A DNA stretch of 64,000 bases from a bacterium (GTDB taxonomy: Bacteria > Bdellovibrionota > UBA2428): positions 25,109-89,108 of the forward strand of contig JAACVK010000026.1 in assembly GCA_009991595.1 (NCBI GenBank), read 5' to 3'. A program made the position numbers and the translations under genes. The notes beneath the pieces were generated by a model. That model saw only the letters and a program-made list of their open reading frames with translations. It searched no databases and had not been told where the DNA came from. Of this stretch, positions 30,131-39,647 are shown piece by piece. Within the stretch, counting starts at the first letter, position 1; each line of letters starts with the position of its first letter.

Positions 30131-30739
30131 ATGCAAAAATCTCTTGGACCAGAACTTTTCATATCCAAACTTGGGCATCCCACGTTTTTGAAACGCCTGG
30201 CCGACTGCAACAACAAAGCCCAACCCTTTAGAAAGGCTTTTGGGAAATTATCTAGCGAAGACCTCATCGTAGACTGCACCAGTGGCTTCGGCCAAGACTT
30301 GCTATGCCTTGCAAGTTGGGGAGCTCCAACCATTGGAGTAGAACGAGACTCGAAAGTCTTTGCTTGGCTATCAGAAGCCATCCAACTGCTTGCTAAAACC
30401 CGCCCTCAGATAAAAAAAATATCTAGCAACCTAAAGCTCCTGAACCTAAACGCCACCGAGGCCCTAAGCACCCTAGAAACAGAACCTACGCACATCTACC
30501 TTGACCCCATTTATCCAGAAAAAGAAAAGTCCGCACTCGGGAAATTAGACCTTAGATTACTCAAAGAACACGTTGGGGAAGACCTGGATACTTCAGAGCT
30601 TTTGGAGGCAGCCTTAAAGAAAGCCAGCAAACGTGTGATCGTGAAACGACCCCTTAAGGCCCTCGAAATCACCCATCAAACAAAACCCTCGCTCAGCGCA
30701 GAGGGAAAAAGCACTCGCTACGACATCTATATAATCTGA
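30131..30739 (+). CDS. rsmJ: 16S rRNA (guanine1516-N2)-methyltransferase RsmJ
   Basis: 'IVDCTSGFGQDLLCLAS', 'YLDPIYPEKEKSALGKLDLRLL', 'KRVIVKRP', 'RYDIY' match E. coli RsmJ segments. Confidence 0.8.
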   Translation: MQKSLGPELFISKLGHPTFLKRLADCNNKAQPFRKAFGKLSSEDLIVDCTSGFGQDLLCLASWGAPTIGVERDSKVFAWLSEAIQLLAKTRPQIKKISSNLKLLNLNATEALSTLETEPTHIYLDPIYPEKEKSALGKLDLRLLKEHVGEDLDTSELLEAALKKASKRVIVKRPLKALEITHQTKPSLSAEGKSTRYDIYII

Positions 30740-30862
30740 ATAATTTTAACATCTTAAGCAGATTCAATACAGCTCTATTGAATTTTGCCTTGCGTTATTT
30801 GACTACTCTGACTAAAGCCATAGGCAAACCCGTAAGGGACTTACAAAATTAAAGGAGCATAT

Positions 30863-31399
30863 ATGAAAAATATTCTTGGAGCATGGATCGCAACAATCGT
30901 CTTAGGATTTTGCTTTACCGCTGGAGCTGGAAATCCAGACGCCGACAACCTAACTGGTGCAGCAGATAGTTCAAAACGACCTGGTGACTCTCTTGTTGTA
31001 AAAATTGATAAAAACGGAAACAAAACTGTTTACGCAATCAACAAGAACAAAAAACTTAGCCCTGAGGAAGTAAAAGCAGAGATCGAAAAACTTGAGGGCG
31101 GCGACGGAAGCATCGCTGAATCTTCAAGCGTAAACCCAGACGCCGAAGACCTAGGCGTAGCGCCTTCTTGGTATTATAGAGGCGGATACAACCGCGGATA
31201 TAACCGTGGCTACAACAACGGTTACTACAATGGTTATCACAATGGCTATCACCACGGTTATGGCCATCATTCAAATTGGGGTTATTACAACCAACCTCGT
31301 TCTTACAATAACTACCGTCACTACAACTACGGTTATTACTACCGCCCTTACTACGCACCTTACCGATACAGAAACTGTAACTGGTATTACTACTACTAA
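30863..31399 (+). CDS. Secreted protein with duplicated 'NPDA(D/E)xL' motif and an extreme Tyr/Asn/Gly/His/Arg-rich C-terminal low-complexity tail
   Basis: Strong Shine-Dalgarno (AAGGAGcatatATG); signal peptide; last ~77 aa are about 35% Tyr ('YYRGGYNRGYNRGYNNGYYNGYHNGYHHGYGHH...YYYRPYYAPYRYRNCNWYYYY'); followed by an intrinsic terminator. Confidence 0.6.
   Translation: MKNILGAWIATIVLGFCFTAGAGNPDADNLTGAADSSKRPGDSLVVKIDKNGNKTVYAINKNKKLSPEEVKAEIEKLEGGDGSIAESSSVNPDAEDLGVAPSWYYRGGYNRGYNRGYNNGYYNGYHNGYHHGYGHHSNWGYYNQPRSYNNYRHYNYGYYYRPYYAPYRYRNCNWYYYY
31169..31396 (+). repeat. Cryptic degenerate tandem codon repeat (GGN-TAY-AAY units) encoding the Tyr-rich tail
   Basis: Visible periodicity 'ggatacaaccgcggatataaccgtggctacaacaacggttactacaatggttatcacaatggctatcaccacggttat...'. 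Confidence 0.6.
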
Positions 31400-31457
31400 G
31401 ACCGGTTGATTAATTTGTTTGGTAGCTCAGACGTTTGCGTTTGATCTTCTCTTAAAG

Positions 31458-31498
31458 AGGCCTAGGGAACGCCATGTCCCTAGGCCTCGTTTTTTTTT
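31458..31498 (+). terminator. Rho-independent terminator after the Tyr-rich protein gene
   Basis: 'gaggcctaggga-acgccatg-tccctaggcctc' 12-bp perfect stem followed by T9. Confidence 0.8.
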
Positions 31499-31504
31499 GA
31501 AAAC

Positions 31505-31533
31505 GTGTAAAAACGTATCCGTTTACTTTTCAC
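31505..31533. repeat. Left copy of a ~26-bp inverted repeat pair (internally palindromic, REP-like) flanking the S8 peptidase gene
   Basis: 'gtgtaaaaacgtatccgtttacttttcac' is the reverse complement of 33104-33132 with 1 mismatch over a 26-nt core. Confidence 0.6.
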
Positions 31534-31602
31534 CCCTTTCCGCCCCTTTTCACACGTCGATTAATCTTGACGCATAGCAACATTGCTGTTAGAAGCAGGC
31601 CC

Positions 31603-33081
31603 ATGAAGAGAGCTATCTTACTGTTTTTGTTACTTGGATTAGTTTTTATTGTCGGCGGGTTTTTCCTGGGTCAAAACGCATTGGCCTATCGCCTTGAGAA
31701 CACAGACGATGTTCGAAAAATTCTCAACGAGGGCGTCGACTGCCAAGGCATGGACTATTCCGCCCTAAAGATTGCCATCATCGACGAAGGCTTCCCCGGC
31801 TACTCACGTTACAAAAAAGCTTTGGGCCGAAAACTCAAAGTCTACAACACTCTCACCGAAGTAGTAGAAGTTGCTCCTGGCTCCGACGTGGATAAAGGCG
31901 CAAACTCAGACATCGACAAAGGGGAGCAGCAACCTGAGGTTGAAATCATTGAACAGCCTGCGGATTTTGAATCTGCCGGACATGGCTTTGCAATGGCTCA
32001 AGTCATGATGGCCTCTAGTTGTGCTTTAACTCTTCCGGAAGCCAAGCGGCCCATGATCTATTTGATTCCCGTTCGAAGTTTCGACACCTATGAAAAGGCC
32101 GTTAACTTTCTTATCAAACAAAAAGTCGACATCGCTCTGCACTCAATCAACATTGACTGGTCTTCTAATTTTGACGGTGGTGGATTCATCAACACCCTTG
32201 TATCAAAGGCTACTCGCAATGGCGTTATCTGGGTGAATTCTGCAGGAAACAACGGCAAGGTCACCTACCACTCAGACATCTTCCAAGTCGTTGGTTCTTT
32301 ACAAAAGGGAGAGGTTCACCTTCCACACGACAATGAAACTTTGATGTTTGAGAACTTTAACGATGATAACCAACTTAAAATCACTCTGACTTGGAATGAT
32401 TTCAAAAGCGACATCGGCTACGGCACAAGCAAAGATCTCGACATCAGACTCTATCGAGTGGGCGCCGGTGGAAAACTCAACCGAGTCAAAGAAAGCATTG
32501 GCCAAGGGGAAAAAAGGCAGATTGGCAGACAAGCCCAAGATGCCGAAGAAGCTCAAACTTCGACGGGAAATGCCTTTGAACAAATTCGAGGCCTAGTCCT
32601 GCAAAAGGGCTACTATGCCATCAAAGTTTTTCTGAAGTCCGACCTCAGAGACTGGAGTATGGACGATGAGTTTCGTATCATACTTAGCTCTGACCAACCC
32701 GAAAGCGTTGAGGTCTTGAACTCTATTAACCGCTTAAATAGTGAAATCACACCACCTGCCGACAATCCTAGCGTTGTCACAGTGGGAGTCATGGGAGCTC
32801 CCTTCTCGGCTCAAGGCTACACAAAAGATCGTCGAAGAAAGCCAGATGTTTGGTTGAGCGTGGACCCAAGAGAACACGGCTCAAGATACTCAAATGCCTC
32901 TAAACAACTTAAGCCTATAGACACCTCGGACGCAGCAGCGCTAGTGGCGGGAAGCATCTTGAACATGAAGGCCATGGACCGCAATCTAAGCAACGAAAAC
33001 GTGTTCTCCTACATACGGAAACTCAAGCAGCAACAAGGCAACCCAAGAGACGTCATCTGGCAATCGCCTCAAATGCGCTAA
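31603..33081 (+). CDS. S8 family (subtilisin-like) serine peptidase, secreted
   Basis: Asp 'IAIIDEGF', His 'AGHGFAMAQV', Asn 'NSAGNNG', Ser 'DTSDAAALVAGS' in S8 order; TM/signal 'MKRAILLFLLLGLVFIVGG'. Confidence 0.7.
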   Translation: MKRAILLFLLLGLVFIVGGFFLGQNALAYRLENTDDVRKILNEGVDCQGMDYSALKIAIIDEGFPGYSRYKKALGRKLKVYNTLTEVVEVAPGSDVDKGANSDIDKGEQQPEVEIIEQPADFESAGHGFAMAQVMMASSCALTLPEAKRPMIYLIPVRSFDTYEKAVNFLIKQKVDIALHSINIDWSSNFDGGGFINTLVSKATRNGVIWVNSAGNNGKVTYHSDIFQVVGSLQKGEVHLPHDNETLMFENFNDDNQLKITLTWNDFKSDIGYGTSKDLDIRLYRVGAGGKLNRVKESIGQGEKRQIGRQAQDAEEAQTSTGNAFEQIRGLVLQKGYYAIKVFLKSDLRDWSMDDEFRIILSSDQPESVEVLNSINRLNSEITPPADNPSVVTVGVMGAPFSAQGYTKDRRRKPDVWLSVDPREHGSRYSNASKQLKPIDTSDAAALVAGSILNMKAMDRNLSNENVFSYIRKLKQQQGNPRDVIWQSPQMR

Positions 33082-33102
33082 GAGTCGCAAGCTATAGCTA
33101 AC

Positions 33103-33132
33103 TGTGAAAAGTAAACGGATACGTTTTCACAG
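33103..33132. repeat. Right copy of the inverted repeat pair; itself a 13-bp-stem hairpin with a 3-nt bulge and GATA loop
   Basis: 'tgtgaaaagtaaacggatacgttttcacag'; 22 nt after the S8 peptidase stop. Confidence 0.6.
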
Positions 33133-33163
33133 TTAGGCAAATTTAAGCTATGTTTTTGAGCCA

Positions 33164-34738
33164 ATGGCTACTATCAAAAAAAGCACGACGCGAGCTCGCC
33201 CTAAACAAGTTGCAAAACTAGAAATCCGACAAGCTACCAGCTCAGACGTAGAGGGCATCCTTGAGCTAACCCGAAAAGTATACGAGGGCATGACCCCCTA
33301 CCCAATTGACATGTTACGAGGCCAAATCAACAATTACCCTGCAGGTCATTTTGTCGCCCTAGTAGGAGACAAGGTTGTGGGCTATTGCGCCACCATTCGA
33401 GTGAGCGAAGCAAAAGCACTTCGGCCGCACACCTGGCGCGAGATTACAGGCGGTGGCTATGGCTCTACTCATGAACAAGATGGAGACATTCTCTACGGAT
33501 ACGAAGTTTGCGTAGACCCAGACAACCGCCAACTTAAAATAGGACAACGCTTCTACAACGAAAGAAAGAAACTTTGTCGATTTCTTCGAGCCAAGGGCAT
33601 TGTTTTTGCGGGACGCCTCCCACTATTAAAAGAAAAGCTCTCCGAAGTAGGTTCAGCTGAAAAATATGTCGAACTTGTCAAAAAGAAGAAACTTCGAGAC
33701 CCGGTTCTAGGTTTTCAACTGAGAAACGGTTTCAACCTTATAGGTCTTTTAAAAGACTATCTTCCTCACGACATTGATTCAGGGGGATACGCAGCTCATT
33801 TGATTTGGAAAAACCCAGCCTTTGAAGCTTCCCCTGAGAGCCCACGAAAGACCATTGCCAACGTCATGGGTGCTGTTCGAGTAGCGACCGTTCAATACAG
33901 GCAGCGAAAAATTAAATCCTTCAAGGAGTTTGCAAAGATTGTAGAATACTTTGTCGACATTGTAGGCGACTACAAATGTGACTTCGTTTGCTTTCCTGAG
34001 CTTTTCACTCTGCAATTGCTTTCTATTGAGAACGAGCCCGTGAAGCCTCACGTAGCCATTGAGAAAATGGACAAATATACTTCTCAAATTAAAACCTTGT
34101 TTGAGAAGCTCGCCGTTAAATACAATGTGAACATCATTGCTGGCTCCCACCCTGTGAAGCGTGGCGACACTGTTAACAATATTTCTTTTGTTTTTCTTCG
34201 AGACGGAAGAGTTTACGAGCAAGGCAAAATTCACCCAACTCCCAACGAACGTTACTGGTGGAACATTGATGGCACCTCATCTCTTTCTGCCATCCCCACT
34301 GATTGCGGTCCCATCGGCGTCTTGATTTGTTATGACTCTGAGTTTCCAGAACTAACCCGTCACCTAGTGAACCAAGGTATTAAGATTCTTTTTGTGCCCT
34401 TCCTCACCGACGAGCGTCAAGGCTATTGCCGAGTTCGATACTGCGCCCAGGCTCGAGCCGTAGAAAACCAAATTTATGTTGTGATGTCCGGAAGTGTAGG
34501 AAATTTGCCCAACGTTCAAAACATCGACATTCATTACAGCCAAAGCTGCATTCTTACTCCTTGCGACTTCCCCTTTGCTCGAGACGGAATTGCAGCTGAG
34601 ACAACTCCCAACGTGGAGACCGTTTCATTTGCCGATCTACGCATCGATGATTTAGTTGAAGCCAGGAACAACGGAACAGTCTTGAACCTCAAGGACCGTA
34701 GACACGACCTTTACAGTGTTCGATGGCACGGCAAATAG
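33164..34738 (+). CDS. Bifunctional GNAT N-acetyltransferase / carbon-nitrogen hydrolase (nitrilase superfamily) protein
   Basis: N-terminal GNAT-like region; C-terminal CN-hydrolase E-K-C triad context 'CFPELF' ... 'GVLICYDSEFPE'. Confidence 0.65.
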   Translation: MATIKKSTTRARPKQVAKLEIRQATSSDVEGILELTRKVYEGMTPYPIDMLRGQINNYPAGHFVALVGDKVVGYCATIRVSEAKALRPHTWREITGGGYGSTHEQDGDILYGYEVCVDPDNRQLKIGQRFYNERKKLCRFLRAKGIVFAGRLPLLKEKLSEVGSAEKYVELVKKKKLRDPVLGFQLRNGFNLIGLLKDYLPHDIDSGGYAAHLIWKNPAFEASPESPRKTIANVMGAVRVATVQYRQRKIKSFKEFAKIVEYFVDIVGDYKCDFVCFPELFTLQLLSIENEPVKPHVAIEKMDKYTSQIKTLFEKLAVKYNVNIIAGSHPVKRGDTVNNISFVFLRDGRVYEQGKIHPTPNERYWWNIDGTSSLSAIPTDCGPIGVLICYDSEFPELTRHLVNQGIKILFVPFLTDERQGYCRVRYCAQARAVENQIYVVMSGSVGNLPNVQNIDIHYSQSCILTPCDFPFARDGIAAETTPNVETVSFADLRIDDLVEARNNGTVLNLKDRRHDLYSVRWHGK

Positions 34739-34814
34739 AGAATAGCAGGTCAAAACTACGTAAACTCTGGCTTTTAGGCTTTTGCATTGCTAGCGACTCG
34801 TCTAGTTTGGAAAT

Positions 34815-36107
34815 GTGTCTAAAGACAGCATTCCTAAATCCATTTTCGCTCGATCAAGTAAACTTCTAGGAACGGCTGCCCGAATTGGTAAAAAGGAAAT
34901 TCTTCATCGTTTTTCTGGAAAAGACTCTCAGTTAAGCAAACAGGTAGAACAAGCTGAGCTACTCGTGGAAACGCTCAGTCGACTAAAGGGCGCCGCCATG
35001 AAGACAGGGCAAATGCTAAGCCTTGATATCGCAAACCTCCTGCCCGAAGAAGTTGTTAAGGTTTTCTCAAAGCTACAAAAAGACTCTCAACATTTTATGG
35101 CTCAAGACGAGGTCATAGACATTCTAAAAAAAGATCTGGGAGAGAATTTCTCACGATTGAGCAACATTAGCCCCAACCCCATTGCAGCCGCTAGCATTGG
35201 ACAAGTCCACTTAGCCCAATTTGAGAATCAAAGCCTAGCTATTAAAATTCAATATCCCGGAGTAGCTGAAAGTGTCGACTCCGACATCAACACCCTTAAG
35301 GGAGTGGTGAAGTCCTTGTTAAGGTTGAGCGGTCGAAAAATCTCAATAGAAGCTCTCTTCAAAGAACTCAGTAGTGTTCTAAAGATGGAGGTCGACTACG
35401 AACGAGAAGCCTTAATGTTGCAAAAGGTTCACACCCTCTGCGAGGACATAAGCTACTACTGCGTCCCCAAAGTCTTTCCTGAAATTTCCACATCAAAAGT
35501 TTTGTCCATGAGTTTCGAAAGTGGAATTCCTCTAAGAGATTGGATTGACCGCGAACAAGATCAAGAAAAGAAAGACCTTGTCGGAAGCAGACTTTTAGAA
35601 CTCTACTGCAGGGAGTTTTTTGAATGGGGCATGGTGCAAACCGACCCCAACCATGCCAATTTTCTCATCAAGCCGGAAAGCCTAAGCCTTGTGCTCCTGG
35701 ATTTTGGTGCACTAAAAATATACGACCAAGGATTCATCACGACCTACCGCAACTTCATCAAGGATGTTTACAATAACAACATTCAAAATGCCTTAGAAAC
35801 AGCCTATGAGATTGACTTCATTCAACCCTCAGAGAATCAAGCCACAAAAGATGCTTTTATTGAAATGATTAAAGCCAGTCTTGAATCCCTTGACCCCAAG
35901 CGACAGCCTTTTGATTTTGCAGATCAGGACTATTTTAAGAGGGCTAGAGACACGTCACTGGCCTTTAGCAAAAGCGTGAGATTCACAGCACCACCTCACA
36001 GAATCCTTTTCCTTCATCGAAAACTCGCCGGAGTCTATGGAACACTCAAACGCTTGGGCGTTAAAAAGGATGTGAGTGAGTTTTGGAAAAGATGGATCTT
36101 AGATTAA
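34815..36107 (+). CDS. ABC1/UbiB family atypical protein kinase
   Basis: 'MVQTDPNHANFLI' (cf. HADPHPGN) and 'LLDFGALK' ABC1 kinase motifs; GTG start. Confidence 0.6.
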   Translation: MSKDSIPKSIFARSSKLLGTAARIGKKEILHRFSGKDSQLSKQVEQAELLVETLSRLKGAAMKTGQMLSLDIANLLPEEVVKVFSKLQKDSQHFMAQDEVIDILKKDLGENFSRLSNISPNPIAAASIGQVHLAQFENQSLAIKIQYPGVAESVDSDINTLKGVVKSLLRLSGRKISIEALFKELSSVLKMEVDYEREALMLQKVHTLCEDISYYCVPKVFPEISTSKVLSMSFESGIPLRDWIDREQDQEKKDLVGSRLLELYCREFFEWGMVQTDPNHANFLIKPESLSLVLLDFGALKIYDQGFITTYRNFIKDVYNNNIQNALETAYEIDFIQPSENQATKDAFIEMIKASLESLDPKRQPFDFADQDYFKRARDTSLAFSKSVRFTAPPHRILFLHRKLAGVYGTLKRLGVKKDVSEFWKRWILD

Positions 36108-36150
36108 GTCAATTAGACAAAATCCAAATTAGCTGATTAAAAGCAGGGTC

Positions 36151-36612
36151 ATGGCTAAAAAGTATTGGTTAATGAAAAGCGAACCTGAAACCTATAGCAT
36201 TGATGATTTAGAACGCGACAAAACCACTTGGTGGGATAGTATTCGTAATTATCAAGCTCGAAACTTCATGACCAAAGAAATGAAAGTTGGAGACGACGTG
36301 ATATTCTATCATAGCAACGCAACGCCTCCGGGAGCTGCGGGCACAGGAACTGTAAGTAACCCAGCTAAAGTGGACCCAACTCAGTTTGACAAAAAAAGTG
36401 ACTATTTTGAAAAACGGGCCAGTAAAGAAAGGCCAATGTGGTTTTGCGTTGAACTAGCTTTTAAAAAGAAATTCAAAAACTTGGTCTCATTAGAAGAAAT
36501 GAAAGAACAAAAACCACTCGAGAATATGCTGATTCTTAGAAAAGGAAATCGGCTTTCCATCACTCCGCTGAGCAAAGCAGAGTTTGAACATCTCGTTAAA
36601 CTAGGAAAGTAA
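36151..36612 (+). CDS. EVE (PUA-like) domain protein
   Basis: 'MAKKYWLMKSEPETYSIDDLERDKTTWWDSIRNYQARNFM' is a typical EVE N-terminus. Confidence 0.75.
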   Translation: MAKKYWLMKSEPETYSIDDLERDKTTWWDSIRNYQARNFMTKEMKVGDDVIFYHSNATPPGAAGTGTVSNPAKVDPTQFDKKSDYFEKRASKERPMWFCVELAFKKKFKNLVSLEEMKEQKPLENMLILRKGNRLSITPLSKAEFEHLVKLGK

Positions 36613-36656
36613 AAAAATCCTGCTTCACTTTCAATCAAGTGAAGCAGGATTTTTTA
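36611..36656. terminator. Bidirectional rho-independent terminator between the convergent EVE gene and the S41 peptidase gene
   Basis: A7-'atcctgcttcactt'-tcaatc-'aagtgaagcaggat'-T5: 14-bp perfect stem flanked by A-run and T-run. Confidence 0.8.
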
Positions 36657-36661
36657 GCTTT

Positions 36662-38509
36662 TTACAAACAATCACGAACAACAGCTTCAGCCAATTGAAG
36701 CTGATAATCACCAGGATACGCTCTTCTTTGAGCCTTCTTGAGGTAAGTTGCTTTCAGCTTCGCATCAAGATCTTTTGCACAAGCAACTTGAGCCAGTTTT
36801 TCTTCACTAGGAGTATAACTAAACTCTTTCTCACCAGGCACAGCTGGAATGGCCATTGGCAAATCGCTTTCACGTATAGAGCTCGCAGCCGTTTCTGGCC
36901 TATGAGGCATTTGAAGGGCTTGAACATCGGGAGTCACTCCCGCAAATTGCGGGGTATAACTCTTTGCCGTATAATACAAACCAGTCGTAGCCCTGAAGTA
37001 AGTTTCTGTGCCAGGAATCTGCGGCCATTGCTGCATACTTCCCTTGCCAAGACTCACATCTCCGATAACCAAGGCTCTATCCAAATGCTTTAAATTCGAA
37101 GCCACAGCTTCACTTGCCGAAGCAGAGTTTGCGTCTATCAATACAATCATTGGTTTTTGAGTCTCAGTCGTTGCATCTCCCATGTAATAACCACCGAAAG
37201 AAGACTTACCACCACGAACAAACAAATTGTAAAACATGGGTTCAGTGGGTGCATTCAAGAAATGCTTTACAATCTCGACGAGAACTCGAACAGATCCACC
37301 GCCGTTGCCACGCAAGTCAAAGATCATGGCTTTGGAGTCAGACTCTTCAATTTCATCGGCAGCATTTATAACCGCCTCGGCACTGTCGGCGGTAAAGCCT
37401 CTATATTGCAAATGATCCGCTTGTTTTAACTGAGTCACTGTCACATTTTTTACAGATACCTTTTTACGAGTTACTTCAACATCTGAGGCACCCTCTCCGC
37501 GATCAATACCAAGAAGGACTGTAGTCCCTTCCTTGCCCTTAATGTCCGCAATAGCTGCACTTAAATTTAGCTTTCCTGCAGGAGAATACTTCTCATCTTT
37601 CAGACTGACTCCATCAATAGAGACAATCTCATCACCAGGCAATATTCCTGCCGCACGAGCACCGCTGCCTTGAAAAGTTTCAAGAATCAGCAATTTTTCA
37701 GACATAACGAAAATATTAGCCCCCATGCCCACAATGTTGGTGTCGCCAGAGCCTTGGGTTTTCTCGTAGCCTTCCTGAGTGATCAAACCACTATGAGGGT
37801 CTAAACCCTCTAAGTTGCCCTGTAATTGTAAAATTTCTGAGTAAGGTGCCGCTGGAAGACTAATCTTATGTTCAGCAACATAAGTAACCATAGAATTCAC
37901 TAAAACATTAGCCTCCTCCTCGCTTAACTCATTGTAAGATTCGAGCTGTTCTCTAAGAAGAGTGTAGAAAGCTTTGGCTTCCATTTCCTTGCGGGCTGAT
38001 TGAACTTCAGACAATTCAACCAAACAAAGTCCGTTAGACTCATTTAGGCACTTTAACTTTAGTTTGCTAACCTGACTCTTCGGCAAAAGCTCCAAAGAGG
38101 TGCTGGCATTTAAGAGTAACTGCCTTACACCATTAACATAGGAAACAACGATTCTTGAACTCCCCACTGGGTGATTATTCAGAGCAGTAGCTCCAATCTG
38201 CTGAGCGGTCCCCGACCTATACCCAGATACATCACCATAGATTTTTCCCCAGGCATCATCCTTGTAGAAAGGCTCATACTTTTCCTCTCCTCCGCTTTCA
38301 CTAATTTGAGCCGATCCGCCCTCTACAATGCTACCGAGTTCAAGCTTTACAGCTCTCTGAGGCGCATGGACCTCAACTCCGTAATCCTGCGGATCTATGA
38401 ATTTCATGGCCTGTTCCGATGTTGATTTTTGGCCACACGCAGCAAGCCCTAAAGCTGCTATCGCTGTTACCATTGCCCCTATTTTCTTTGGATTTGTCAC
38501 CCTAATCAC
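36662..38509 (-). CDS. S41 family C-terminal processing peptidase (lipoprotein)
   Basis: Lipoprotein signal 'AALGLAACGQ'; PDZ 'ILPGDEIVSIDGVSL'; 'VLIDANSASASEAVA' Ser motif, 'LVIGDVSLGKG' Lys motif. Confidence 0.75.
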   Translation of the reverse strand: MIRVTNPKKIGAMVTAIAALGLAACGQKSTSEQAMKFIDPQDYGVEVHAPQRAVKLELGSIVEGGSAQISESGGEEKYEPFYKDDAWGKIYGDVSGYRSGTAQQIGATALNNHPVGSSRIVVSYVNGVRQLLLNASTSLELLPKSQVSKLKLKCLNESNGLCLVELSEVQSARKEMEAKAFYTLLREQLESYNELSEEEANVLVNSMVTYVAEHKISLPAAPYSEILQLQGNLEGLDPHSGLITQEGYEKTQGSGDTNIVGMGANIFVMSEKLLILETFQGSGARAAGILPGDEIVSIDGVSLKDEKYSPAGKLNLSAAIADIKGKEGTTVLLGIDRGEGASDVEVTRKKVSVKNVTVTQLKQADHLQYRGFTADSAEAVINAADEIEESDSKAMIFDLRGNGGGSVRVLVEIVKHFLNAPTEPMFYNLFVRGGKSSFGGYYMGDATTETQKPMIVLIDANSASASEAVASNLKHLDRALVIGDVSLGKGSMQQWPQIPGTETYFRATTGLYYTAKSYTPQFAGVTPDVQALQMPHRPETAASSIRESDLPMAIPAVPGEKEFSYTPSEEKLAQVACAKDLDAKLKATYLKKAQRRAYPGDYQLQLAEAVVRDCL

Positions 38510-38672
38510 TCCCTTTCAGTGTTAACCGCCCCTCACAGGCAATATAGAACTCTTAAAGCCAATGACTCAAAGCAAGCAAGCAATGCAAGGCCTTTTAAGA
38601 AGGTATAAGCCAATGTAAGGAATGTCGCCTGAAGCCTAAGAATTCGATACACTACAATCGGAAGTAACGACG

Positions 38673-39647
38673 ATGAAAACCCCCATTTTAAACAGCAGTA
38701 ATTTAGAAGACTTCAACCGCATCCACCCCCGAAAAGACCTCCCCTACAAGGCTATGTATAGCTCTTTATGGAGAGCCATCACGCTAGACCCCAACGCCAT
38801 GCTGATTCCCATCGACGATCATCTAGTCCATCGAGGTGACGGCGTTTTTGAGGCCTTCCGTTCTTATAACGAAGTCGTCTACGACATGAATGCTCACCTT
38901 GAGCGCCTCGAAAAATCGGCTGCAGGCATAGAACTACCCTTACCTATGACTAGAGATGAAATTCGGCAAATTTGCCTAGATTTAGGCAAGGCCAGCCAAT
39001 GCGCAAACGCGACCTTCCGGCTTTATGTTTCACGCGGTCCTGGAGGCTTCACAACCAACCCCTACGAAAGCATAGGCTCACAACTTTACATCGTGGTGAC
39101 TGAAACCAAACCCTATCCAGAGGCTTTGTATCAAAGAGGAGTCAGCGTTGGGATTAGCCAATTTAAAACCAAAGAAGCTCCATTTTGCCACATCAAAAAC
39201 TGCAACTATTTGATCAATGTCTTGATGAAAAAAGAAGCCGTTGATCGTAAATTAGACTACACGGTCTCGTTAGACCCCAAGGGCTTCATTGCAGAGAGCT
39301 CTACTGAAAACATCGCTCTTCTTAACCAAAAAAATGAACTTATAGCGCCTACTTTTGATTTTAAACTTCGCGGAACCACTCTTCTCCGCTGCTTCGATTT
39401 GGCAAATTCAAACAAAGAACAACTCGGCGTTACCGCTGTAAGGCAGGACGATTTAAGCATAGACGACTTTAAAAATGCCAAAGAGGTTATGATGATTGGC
39501 ACCACTATGGGAGTTATGCCTGTAAGCACCTTCGATGGACTCACCTTAAAACCTCCTAGTTCCGAAAGTTTTTCGATCAAGATGAGAGAGATTCTCAAAC
39601 AAGATATTCTCAGCAATAAAGACAGAAGAGACGAATACAGCAAATGA
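38673..39647 (+). CDS. Aminotransferase class IV (branched-chain/D-amino-acid aminotransferase or aminodeoxychorismate lyase fold)
   Basis: 'DHLVHRGDGVFEAFRSYNEVVYDMNAHLERLEKSA' is typical of fold-type IV PLP enzymes. Confidence 0.65.
   Translation: MKTPILNSSNLEDFNRIHPRKDLPYKAMYSSLWRAITLDPNAMLIPIDDHLVHRGDGVFEAFRSYNEVVYDMNAHLERLEKSAAGIELPLPMTRDEIRQICLDLGKASQCANATFRLYVSRGPGGFTTNPYESIGSQLYIVVTETKPYPEALYQRGVSVGISQFKTKEAPFCHIKNCNYLINVLMKKEAVDRKLDYTVSLDPKGFIAESSTENIALLNQKNELIAPTFDFKLRGTTLLRCFDLANSNKEQLGVTAVRQDDLSIDDFKNAKEVMMIGTTMGVMPVSTFDGLTLKPPSSESFSIKMREILKQDILSNKDRRDEYSK

Noticed and set aside
31056-31409. Antisense and alternate-frame ORFs (31056-31358 minus; 31206-31409 plus 'MATTTVTTMVIT...')
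   Set aside because: These are artefacts of the GGN-TAY-AAY codon repeat, which stays open in several frames. The sense frame has the ribosome-binding site, signal peptide and terminator.
33096-33140. Integron attC-like site, suggested by the terminal 'GTTAGGC' (GTTRRRY) and the bulged hairpin
   Set aside because: The palindrome is only about 35 bp, shorter than any attC. The left copy lacks the R' core. There is no integrase nearby.
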